A stretch of 64,000 nucleotides of DNA from Convolutriloba macropyga (taxonomy: Eukaryota). How positions within the stretch are numbered: the stretch's first letter is position 1; the number at the start of each line of letters is the position of its first letter. The notes beneath the pieces are model-generated. The model made no database searches and was not told the origin of the DNA. It was given only the letters and a program-made list of their open reading frames with translations. Both the position numbers and the translations under genes were made by a program. The DNA is taken from contig NC_134468.1 of assembly GCF_964194025.1 (NCBI RefSeq), positions 75,206,001-75,270,000 on the forward strand, given 5' to 3'. Below, piece after piece: positions 1 to 11,149 of the stretch.

Positions 1-749
1 CTTCACCACTCGTCTTCCAATCAACTGTTTTCCAGTGTCTGGAGGTATTTTTGTTGGCCATCGGTATGCGTTATGCTTTGGTCCACCTCATAGAAATGAT
101 GAATCTTCGCTGTTCGTATCACTCTTGCCACGTGATGCATTTCGATTCTTTAAGTTCATTGGTGATTAGGGGACGTTACTTTAACTACTTTCTAATACCT
201 GGTCAATTAGAGTATCCTTTTCCAAAATCTGGCGATGTGGAAAAATTTGTATCTAAAAAAATTTCCTTTTCTCTGGCAATCGGAAAAAAATATTCTGAAA
301 GCAAGATTAGTCAGATGTCAAGTTACACAGATGAAAAGAACCTCTTTTCACTAACAGTCAGAATTCGATCCAAGACGAAATGGCAATTCAATCAAAACTG
401 CTTGATTGAATGAAAACACAGAATTGAAGAGATTCTGAACTCATATGTTTCTAGCTAAAACCTTTGAGATAAATTTAATAAAAAAGGAGAAGCCCAGTAT
501 CAAACCTCGTTATTGCTCTGCATTTTCATTGCCTGTAAAAACTTGAGTTTTTTTGTCCCATTCTGAGCTTACATTGTTTTACTGCGTCATCCAGTAATGA
601 AACATATTCTCATTTTTTCAAAATGTGCTCCTTGACCAATTTGGTCTTTAAGTGCAGCTGAGTGGATAATTTCCTGCTTTTTTTTCCTTGACCCAATAGC
701 TCTTTGTAACAGTTTCTATTGGATCTAAATATATTAATTGTGATACTGT

Positions 750-2621
750 GAAGGTGATACTGTGTTGCTTTCTGCTTCCTTGTGTTTCAGAATGCCTGGA
801 AAAGACCTCAAGATTCTCTTCAGCGTTTTCTATTGCTCCATTTCTTGTATCAATCACGGTGTCGATTGGGTCCTTATCATCAGCCGATGTGGACGATACT
901 AACAATGTTTGGTTCCGACAATCCTTGATGTGCCCGTACTGCTTGATGAGGTTCCGATGATAACTCGTACTAATACTGAGGTCCTCAAACTGTTGAGCAC
1001 AATCTTCTCGCCTTATCATTCGAATCCATTCTATGTAGATTTTATCTAGTTTTACAACTAACTGTTCCACCTGATCAAACAATTTCTGTTTTAGGGATTC
1101 GCTGAATTTTTCTGTTTTCAACTTGCTCTTCAAATCTGATAGTTCAATCACAATTGGGTCAACAGCTTTCACTGATTAGTATGCTCAAAAATTTTGCTTC
1201 AACATCCAAAGAATTTTGTGCGGAAACTCCCAATGTCTCGGAGAAATGGTACTTTGTCAGCTACGCATCTCAAAAATTCACTCTCTTTTTCTAACATACG
1301 CTTGGTTTCTTTGTCGAAAGCTTCCAAATACTTTGGCTTTCCTGGTAACCTCTGTTGCCTTCTGTTGTCATTTAAACTGTCGTACGTCTTGAAGAAGAAT
1401 CGATGGGCACTTTTGGCTGTTATTGTTTTATTTTGTGTGAAGTAGCCTTCTAGCTCGCCGAGATGTCTGGAGAACGAATTGAATAGGTCAGCTTGCTCCT
1501 TCTCTAACGTCTTGATTTCACCACTCGTCTTCCAATCAGCTGTTCTCCAGTGTCTGGTGGTATTTTTTGACCATCGTTACCAGTTATGCTTTGGTCCACC
1601 TAATTGAAATGTTGAATCGTTGCTGTTCGTATCACTCTTGTTGTTGTGTGTCCGGTTCGGCAGACGAAATGCTGCGGCTGCTCAAGAGGCTTAGCGGAAC
1701 CAATTTATCACAGCCAGATCCTCAAGTTCTACGCCAGCTTGTTCTCCACTGAATCCCTTTGTCTAATGATCTCGCAGAAATAATTAGTTGCTCGGACGTA
1801 ATTAAAGGCCTGTAACTTTAATTTTGTTGATTGAAGTTAAGAAAATTTTGAGTGATAATCTATGTTCAACCTCGTGCTGAAATTTGTAATGCTTCAAACG
1901 GTAGCCAGTTTTGTTGCTAATCCTCATCAGGTAAACTCAACTAACATAAAACTTGCAAGATCTTGCAAATCTTAGCAAAAAACACTCAAACTGTTAACGA
2001 ATCAGATTTTAGTCTTATCTGAGAGCCAGCTGCTCGTGGTAACAGTTTCTAATGGTTCTAAATACAAAAAAATTTCACTATTTAAAAAATTAGTTGAAAG
2101 TAAAAAATCAAATTTTATTGCTACTTGTTTCTGATTGTTTAGTCAAGAAAACGATTTAGGTCATTGTTTACATAGTAAATGTCAAATTACTGCAATAGTT
2201 ACTATAATGGACATAAGAACGGGTGGTTATTACATTGCTCTAAATGCCTCAAATTTTCGGAATATAGCCTTTATTTAACACTTAAATTATCATGAAATAA
2301 ACAACTCAAGAAGTTTAACAATAAAAAACAAAGTATCAAAAAATGCCAATTTTGCACCATATAAGTACTAATAGCCCCACTCGTGGGTCTGATGCAACAA
2401 AAATTGCTGGATCCATGAGTAGCTCAGAAGTAAAACTAACCGTGTGCCAAAACCTCAGGTTATTCAGATTTTCCCTTCGAAAAAATGTGTACAAAATTTC
2501 GGCCCCAACTTTTTCAGTTTTGACCAATTTTGAGTTTTGACAAACATTAAGTTTTATCAGTTTCAAAAGTTATTTTTTGCTGTCTGATGGCTCTTTTTGC
2601 TGATTTAAGATGCCGCCGACA
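750..2621 (-). mobile_element. BEL/Pao fragment: LTR (1670-2621) + PBS (1651-1667) + 5' gag
   Basis: Reverse complement starts TGTCGGCGGC and matches 20944-22730; ORF 648..1172 is the gag N-terminal part. Confidence 0.8.
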
Positions 2622-3459
2622 CTAATATTGAACACCTAAGAAAGCGTAATACAGAAATTTGAATAATACTGAATAATACTCCCAAAGAAAGAGAATAATA
2701 CTCTTAAAGAAATATTACTGAATAATTTGAATAATTTTCTTAAAGAAAATTGGAAGAAAGCTAATAAAACAAGAAAATAATTTTTTGCACTTCATCTGCT
2801 CAATGCCGTTTGATGTGAGGCCACATGATGCAATTCGATTCGTTAAGTTCTTTGGTGATTAAGGGACGTTACTTTAACTGTTTTCTAATACCTGGTCAAT
2901 TAGAGTATCCTTTTCCAAAATCTGGCGATGTGGAAAAATTTGTATCTAAAAAAATTTCCTTTTCTCTGGCAATCGGAAAAAATTATTCTGAAAGCAAGAT
3001 TAGTCAGATGTCAAGTTACACAGATGAAAAGAACCTCTTTTCACTAACAGTCAGAATTCGATCCAAGACGAAATGGCAATTCAATCAAAACTGCTTGATT
3101 GAATGAAAACACAGAATTGAAGAGATTCTGAACTCATATGTTTCTAGCTAAAATTTTTGAGATAAATTAGTAAAAAAGGAGAAGCCGAGTATCAAACCTT
3201 GTTATGTCTCTGCATTTTCGTTGCCTGTAATAACTTGAGTTTTTTTTGTCCCATTCTGAGCTTACATTGTTTTACTGCGTCATCCAGTAATGAAACATAT
3301 TCTCATTTTTTCAAAATGTGCTCCTTCCTTGACCAATTTGGTTTTTAATTGCAGCTGAGTGGATAATTTCCTGCTTTTTTTCCTTGACCCAAGAGCTCTT
3401 TGTAACAGTTTCTATTGGATCTAAATATATTAATTGTAAACCACGCAATTGGTTAGCCG

Positions 3460-5272
3460 AAGGTAATACTGGGTTGCTTTATGCTTCCTTGTGTAGCAGA
3501 ATGCCTGTAAGAGACCTCAAGATACTCTTCTGCATTTTCTATTGCTCCATTTCTTGTATCAATCACGGTGTCGATTGGGTCTTTATCTTTAGCCGATGTG
3601 GATGATACTAACAATGTTTGGTTCCAACAATCCTTAATGTGCCCGTACTGCTTGATGAGGCTCCGATATTAACTCGTACTAATACTGAAGTCCTCAAGAT
3701 GTTGAGCACAATCTTCTCACTTCATCATTCGAATCCATTCTGTGTAGATTTTATCTAGTTTTACAACTAACTGTTCCACCTGATCAAACAATTTCTGTTT
3801 TCGGGATTCGCTGAATTTTTCTGTTTTGAACTTGCTCTTCAAATCTGATAGTTCAATCACAATTGGACAAGCAGCTTTCACTGATTAGTATGCTCAATAT
3901 GTATTTTTCCAACTTCCGAAGATTTCTGTGCAAAAATCCACAATTTATCGGAGAAATGTTATTTTGTCAAATACCCATCTCAAAAATTCACTCTTTTTTC
4001 TAACATACGCTTGGTTTATTTGTCGAAAGCTTCTAAATACTTTGGCTAGTAACCTCTGTTGCTTTCTGTTGTCTTCTAAAATGTTGTACGTCTCAAAGAA
4101 GAATCGATTGGCATTTTCGGCTGTCATTGAATTGTTTTGTGTCAGGTAGCCTCCTAGCTCGCTGAGGAGAACAAATTGAATAGGTCAGCCTGCTCCTTTT
4201 CTAACGTCTTGAGTTCACTCGTCTTCCAATCAACTGTTTTCCAGTGTCTGCTGGGACTTTTGGTGGCCAATGTTGCTAGTTGTGCTTTGGTCCACCTAAA
4301 TGAAATGACGAATCGTTGCTGTTAGTATCACTGTTGTTGATGTGTGTCCGGGTTGGCAGAACAAATGTTGTGGCTGATCAAGAATTTCAGCGGAACAGAT
4401 ATATCTCAGCCTGGTTCTTGCTTTTACGCCGGCGTGGTTCTTCACTGAATCTGATTGTCTAATGACCTCGCAGAAATATTTTGTTGCTCGGACGTATTTA
4501 AGGGACTGTAGGTTTTTTGATTGAAGTTAACAAAGTTCTCAGTGATAATCTATATTCAATCTCGTGCTGAAATTTGTAACAATTCAACCAGTAGCTAGTT
4601 TCGTTGCTTCTTTCTTTTCAAGTGAACTCAACTAACTTAAAACTCGCAAGATCCTAAGATATAGCAAAACTTAGCAAAAATGAACAAACTGTTAAAGAAT
4701 CAGGTTTACATTCAATCTGAGAGCCAACTACTCCTAGTAACAGCAGTTCTTAATGGTTCTAAATACAAATCAGTTTCACTGTTCAAACCATTGGGTTAGA
4801 GTAAGTAATCAAATAATTATCATTAATAACATTATCGCTACCTGTTTCTGATTGATTAATCAAGAAAGTGATTTAGGTCATTGTTTACATAGTAAATGTC
4901 AAATAACTGCAGTTTTTACGTTTATTGACTCAATCACGGATGAGTTTTACATGGCTCTAAGTGCCCCTTTTGTACGTTATTAAGAGTTTAATGGACACCT
5001 AAAGTATCATATAATTAACTGTTTCAGAAATTTAACAATTAATAACAAAATATCAAAAAAATAAGTGCTAATAGACACACTTGTGGTTCGGATGCAATAA
5101 TAATAGTTGGGTCCATGGGCACCTTAGGAGTAATGTTAACCATGTGCCATAACTTCGGGTTGCTCAGATTTTTGTTTCCAAAAATTGGGGCTTACGCAAA
5201 ATTTCGGTCTCAACTTGTAAAAATTTCTTGCAGTCTGATGGCTTTTTTTGCTGATTTTAAGTGCCGCCAGCA
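3460..5272 (-). mobile_element. BEL/Pao fragment: LTR (4366-5272) + PBS + 5' gag (tandem copy)
   Basis: Direct repeat of 750-2621 at ~2.7 kb period; mirror of 18368-20115. Confidence 0.8.
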
Positions 5273-7574
5273 ATACTAATGAACATCTAAGAAAACGTAA
5301 TACAGACAGTTAAAGAAATTTGACAGTTAAATATTTGCCCTTTTTCCGCTCATTGCCATTTGATGCAATGCCATATTATGCAATTCGATTTGCTGTTCGA
5401 AGTTCATTGGTGATTAGGGGAAATTACCTTATCTACTTTCTAGTATCTGGTCAATTAAAGTACCCTTTTCCAATAATTGGCGATGTTGAAAAATTTGTAT
5501 GTAAAAAAAATCCATTTTCTCTGGCAAGCAGAAAAAAATATTCTGAAGGCAAGATGAGTCACGTGTGGCCAAAGTGACCAAAAGTTACACAGATAAAAAA
5601 AACCTCGTTTCACTAACAGTCAAATTCAATCCCACACGAAATGGCATTTCAATCAAAACTGCTTGATTGAATGAAAACACATAATTGAAGAGATTCTGAA
5701 CTGATATGTTTCTAGCTAAAATCTTTGCGATAAAATTAATAAAAAAGGAGAAGCCCAGTATCAAACCTCGTTATTGCTCTTCATTTTCGTTGTCTGTAAT
5801 AACTTGAGTTTTCTGTCCCATTCCGAGCTTACATTGTTTTCATGCGTCATTCAGTAATGAAACATGTTCCCATTTTTTCAGAGTGTGCACATTCCTTAAC
5901 CAATTTGGTATTTAATTGCAGCTAGGTAGATAATTTCCTGGATTTTTCTGATTTTTATTGGATCTAAATATATTAATTGTAAACATTCAGTTTGTTAATT
6001 TTAATAAAATAGAATAACAAATACCATCGGCAATATACTGTTAATTCAACACTGATTGTTTGATTACAGAATATTTTCACAAAATGAATGTCAGGTAACT
6101 AACTACCGCAAAAACTTCAATAGCCTCGGTCAATGATCTTACCTGCGAGGCATTTGATTCATTGTATATATTACTGGACTACTATTAAACATCTAAGAGA
6201 GCAAAAAACAAACAGCGCAAGAAAGTTGATGGTAAACCAAATTAATATGACAAAAAATTGCACTATTTGTTTGCTAATAGCCACAATTAAGCCTGTGATG
6301 AATTTCGGTTCGGTAAGTTCACTGATGGTTACTTGATGGACGTTACACTAACCACTTTGCAATACCTGGTCGAATATTCCTCTCCGATTTTTGCGTTGTA
6401 AAAAAGTTTTTGTAAATAACTTCTATAAGGTTTTGGTTTTTTGCATTTTAAAAAATTCTTTGTTTTCATTGTGTGAGAACTCATTCCCAAATTCATTTCT
6501 TCATCGGTATAATCGCAGAAAACAAAAATTTGATGAAGACTCTTGTGATAGCAGTCTGTTATTTTCTTAGCTTGCACCACATAACTTTCAATTAGAGTGA
6601 AAGAAACACTCAGTCTTTTTTTACTCAATCTTTGTCATGTGTGAAACGAACACACAGACGAACAAAACCTCGATTCACTTGTAGTCTAAATGTACGTCAA
6701 ATCGATTTCCTATTTCAGTAAGAATTTCATGATTGAATGAACAAAACGCAGAATTGAAGACCTTTTAACGTCATATGTTTCTAGCAAAAATCTTTGAGAC
6801 AAATTTAAAAAAAGGAAAAGCCAATTACTGACCCTAGTTATCACTTTCTGGCTTCGTCGTCTGTAAAAATTTAGATGTTTTGTCCCATTTTAAAATTGCA
6901 TTGCTTCACTGTGTCATCTGGAATCCAAACATGTTCTCGTTTTTTCAAGGTGCGCACATTTTTTGACCAATTTTATCATTAATTGAAGTGGGGTAGACAA
7001 ATAAAGGTTTTTTCCGGAAAATGTCAGCTTTTTCTCGGGTCAATTTAAAGAGAATTTCATATTTTTAGAAGCATTCTTTTGTATGCAGTATGATTCATCA
7101 GTTTAACAGTTAACATTTCCAGTCGATTTGCATATTCATTTGGCATATGAAGTTTTGTTGAAACTGAAAAGGTAAGTTCGTGTTTCCATTGGTCTTAACG
7201 TTTTTTGCGCAAAATTTTGGCCAGCCCAATTTTTGTGCCAGTTTCCCTTAAGAGTAACATATGGACACAACCAGTAATGGATGTGCCAACAATGGCGTTG
7301 CAAACCCCTCGCATAATTTTTTAATTATGAAAAACCAATTACTCTACGTAGAACAAGTCATTTTTTCGACTGAATGCTTCAATTCAGGTGGATGAATTGA
7401 GTTTACTAAATTTATGATGTTGAACACCTGGATCGTTAATAATGGCCGTTTATGCTACTTGTTGCAAATTTTCCCTACAGTCTCTGCTGCTTAAAGTCAG
7501 AAGGTTAGAACGCAATAGCCATTTTTATCTTTCATTGTGTTTTCCAAAAGTTTTCAAAAGTGCATTGTTGTTTG

Positions 7575-7986
7575 GGTTCTACTTCATTTCACCCCTATTC
7601 ATTTAACCCCCTGTCATTTAACCCCGATTTATTCACCCCTCTATCATTTAACCCCGCTATCACTTCACCCCTCTATCATTTCATCCCGCTAATTAGCAGT
7701 CGACATTAAAGGCATGTTTTGTCATATTTAAGTGGATAGATTAATCCCACGTTCGGTTGTGATAGTTTCATATCAAGTCCCACGGGCCGCTGAGGCATGG
7801 CCATGGCCCGCGAGGCATGGCCAAATGATTTTATTGCTAATTTAATAATCCTTATTTTATAGGGATTAAAATCGGGGTGAAATGATAGTGGGGTTAAAAG
7901 ATAGAGGGGTTAAATGATACAGGGGTGAATAAATCGGGGTTAAATGATAGGGGGTTAAATGAATAGGGGTGAAAAAATGGGACACC
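7575..7986. mobile_element. MITE / foldback-type non-autonomous DNA transposon with repeat-built long TIRs and 8-bp TSD
   Basis: GTTGTTTG flanks both ends (7567-7574, 7987-7994). Left arm is tandem ATCATTTAACCCC/ATTTCACCCC units; right arm is their reverse complement. Confidence 0.85.
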
Positions 7987-8801
7987 GTTGTTTGATACTC
8001 TTTCGACTATGACCGTCTTATCTGTTGCTAAACACAGTACAGATGACGCGGGTATTTCAAACTCATTAGTCCAGTGTACCAAATTATGTTTTCCCTGTTT
8101 TCAGAGAAGAGGAGTTTTGTTCTTCTTTTGCCTTAATTCTGCTTTCTAATAGATGAACATTTTTCTTTACACAATCATTAGGTTTCTCAGTAAAGTTTAT
8201 TTTTTAACATGTTCTTCAACTGCTTGACAGAGAGACTTTTGCTGATTGTCCCCCTTGGAAGCAATCTGACTTCTTTGCTAAGAAAAACATTATTAGATAT
8301 CAATTTCAATAATTTGTTTTTGTACTGTGAAATTAAAAATATTACTGCTGTATCTTTTGCAGCTTCAATGTTACGTTTGCATTTACAAACATCTTGGCAT
8401 CTGCTTTTGTGAAAAAGAAATTTTCTCAAAGATTAATCTTGGGACATTAGTATTGTGGCCCGTTTGGCAACCTGTTACAATTAAGAGCTTACCTCTCACA
8501 AACTCTCTGATTATTTTCCTGTTAGCTTCTGTAAATTTTGGTCGACTCAAGTGGCCTGAACGCATTGTTCTTCTACTATTTCAAGATTCAAAAATGGAGC
8601 TAAAATTTCTGAGCTCCAGTTCTCTAAACTTTCGTTTTGTTTATCTATTTGCTAATACAGGGGTTCGTTTGCTGAGAAATTTGTGGCTTTTCGAACCATT
8701 CCCCAAAAGAATTTTCATTTCATGTATTCAGCTGTGTTGAGGTTGACAGGGAAAAGCTCAAAGTTTCAAGCTTCTACGTCTTTTGATAATTGACATTGCA
8801 A

Positions 8802-9923
8802 CCCAGGTTGAGGTGCCAGACTGAAAGTCGATATGTCCAGACTGTCCCAGACGGAAAGTGTCTATGTCCAGACCCTCCCAGACGGAAAGTGTCTATGTCC
8901 AGACTTTCGTGCGTTCAAAATTTTTCGTGCGTTCGTCGTGCGTACAAAACTCCCTATGTCCAGACTTTCGTGCGTTCAAAATCTTATATGACCAGACTTT
9001 AGTGCGTTCCAAATTAAAATTCGTGCGCTCATTTGTGCGTTCAAAAACACCTATGTCCAGACTTTCGTGCGTTCAAACGTGCTTATGTCCAGACTTTCGC
9101 GCGTTCAAAATCTTATATGACCAGACTTTAGTGCGTTCTAAATGAAAAATCGTGCGCTCATTTGTGCGTTCATGTCCAGACTATCGTGCGTTCAAAAACA
9201 CCTATGTCCAGACTTTCTTGCGTTCAAAAATGCGTATGTCCAGACTTTCGTGCGTTCATGTTCAGATAACGTTTTTATAATGTATTCGTTTCAAATATAG
9301 ATACGTTAGGGTGATGGTTGTGATGAAGTGCCCAAGCAGTTCCTACATTTTGTTTAATAAAAGATGTTCGATGAAAGTATTGGCTGAAGGGGCTGCCAGC
9401 GACCTAGTTATTAAAGTATGATTTGCTTTGCAACTTCAGCAAGGGTTTATAATTCTAGGTGTGAAATTGTTCTAAGCAAAGCAAAATGTTGGATGCGAAT
9501 TTTCCTGCGTTCGATGTTTTGTAACTTTTGAACTCAAGTGAGTTGAGGTTTTCTTGGTAGAAAGCTTTCTCTTGAGTGAGCACTCTATTAAGAGTGTTTA
9601 GTCAAACATGGATTCATTAGTTTTTGGCATTCTTGTTTCCATTCAAAAAATTTTCGTGCGCTCCGAGTCACAATGTCCAGACTTTCGTGCGTTCAAAATT
9701 GCTTATGTCCAGACTATCGTGCGTTCAAAATTGCATATGTCCAGACTATCGTGCGTTCAAAATTGCATATGTCCAGACTATCGTGCGTTCAAAATTGATT
9801 ATGTCCAGACTATCGTGCGTTCATTTTCTTTTCCAGACCGTGTAATTATGAACGCACGACGCCACCTTGTGCGTTCATTTTGGTCTGGACATATCGACTT
9901 TCGGTCTGGGACCTCAACCTGGG
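8802..9923. mobile_element. Non-autonomous DNA transposon, CCC...GGG termini, ~41-bp TIR, 2-bp TSD, internal ~31-bp tandem arrays (EnSpm/CACTA-like)
   Basis: CCCAGGTTGAGGTGCCAGACTGAAAGTCGATATGTCCAGAC ... GTCTGGACATATCGACTTTCGGTCTGGGACCTCAACCTGGG; AA on both sides; empty site at ~16935-16945; arrays of TATGTCCAGACT(T/A)TCGTGCGTTCAAAA at ~8870-9265 and ~9650-9825. Confidence 0.85.
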
Positions 9924-10181
9924 AAAGCTCTACTGTTGTTTCCTCGGACTCTTGAAATGACCCAAATTCTCCGTTCGTTTTTAAACACTTTTCATTTTTT
10001 GAATATAATATTTTTAAAACTTATTTGTGCTTTTCCCAACAGTTAGGGTGCTTATGTCATTTTTCTGGATGCATGACTGAGTCAGGTCACTTTGATGATC
10101 AATTTCAGATTCGATACCTCTTGAAACTTTGGCCCATTAAATAAAATCAGAAATTCATTAGTGTTTGTATCGGTTGTGCGG

Positions 10182-11149
10182 TCCGAGTTGCCGGACCAAT
10201 TGTTGCGGCTGCGCAAGAAGCTCAGAACCTCTGCAGTACCGAATATTCATAGCCATGTTCTTGAAATCTACGCCGGCCCATTTCTTCACTTCTGTTACTT
10301 CTACTAACGAACAATATTGTCGAAGATATCAGTCGCTCGGGTGTTTAAAAGGACTGTTAGTTTAGTTTTTTGAATTTAAGAACATCTGTAGTGATAACTA
10401 ATCATTGTTCTTATAGTGAAATTTGCACGGATTCAGCAACATGATAGAATTGTTGCTCAGAGCTTGCATAAAAACTGCACTAACTTTTAAACCTTGATGT
10501 TTTTAGATATAGCAAAAACATAACACAGTCAGTGGATTCTGAGAATCAAATTAAAGTCAAAATGAGCTCTCTGTAACAGTTTCTAATGTTTCTAAATATT
10601 TTGACTGTAAACTATTAAATCAAGTAAATTTAGGTAAAAAATTTCTAAAATAGCATCTTTGAAATAAATTTTACACATCAGTGATTGATTGATTACAGTT
10701 TATACTTACATAAAAATTTCAAATAACTGCCCCAAATACTTCAAGTGCTTCAATTTTCATCGTATCTGGGAGGCATTTGATTTTTTGGTATATTATGCCT
10801 TAGACTGTAGTTTAACAATGAAGAGAGCATAGAAAAAGTTCAAGAAAAATGGACAGTAAACCAATAAGAATGAAAGAACCCGTTTTTGCAGTAGATAATT
10901 GCTAATTGCTACACTTGTGCATATGATGCAAATCGGTTTGCTCTGTTTGTTGGTGGCTAGGAGGTTACTCTAACCATGTGCTCAAACAAGGTCGATCACA
11001 GTTTTTCATTCCAAAATTGGGCGATGTGCAAAACGTTTCATTCCAAACTTGTATTTTTTTTACTTTTTCTGTTTTCACCATTTCTTATGTTAATTTCTGG
11101 TGGTTCAAAATCTGTTCTTAAGATTTGTTCTTGAATAATGGCACCAACA
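10182..11149 (-). mobile_element. Second, diverged BEL/Pao-type LTR (10201-11149) + PBS-like site
   Basis: Reverse complement TGTTGGTGCC...GCAGCCGCAACA followed by TGGTCCGGCAACTCGGA; patchy homology to the family-1 LTR. Confidence 0.7.

Larger units (their letters stand above)
7000..10130 (-). mobile_element. Highly decayed LINE-like remnant (ORF1 end / ORF2 start), interrupted by two DNA transposons
   Basis: Reverse complement is homologous to 28230-29540, which precedes the RT-bearing remnant at 30520-32400; no clean catalytic motif seen here. Confidence 0.45.

Noticed and set aside
51-413. Recurrent ORF family (...GQLEYPFPKSGDVEKF...) also at 2825, 5320, 18103, 33985 and 35998 as a multigene family
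   Set aside because: Antisense readings of a duplicated LTR/LINE-derived block; stops and frameshifts differ among copies; no domain recognised.
8870-9825. CRISPR-like array of ~31-bp repeats and the repetitive ORFs over it
   Set aside because: No unique spacers, no cas genes, eukaryotic context; arrays lie inside a TIR element, and the ORFs are artefacts of the repeat.
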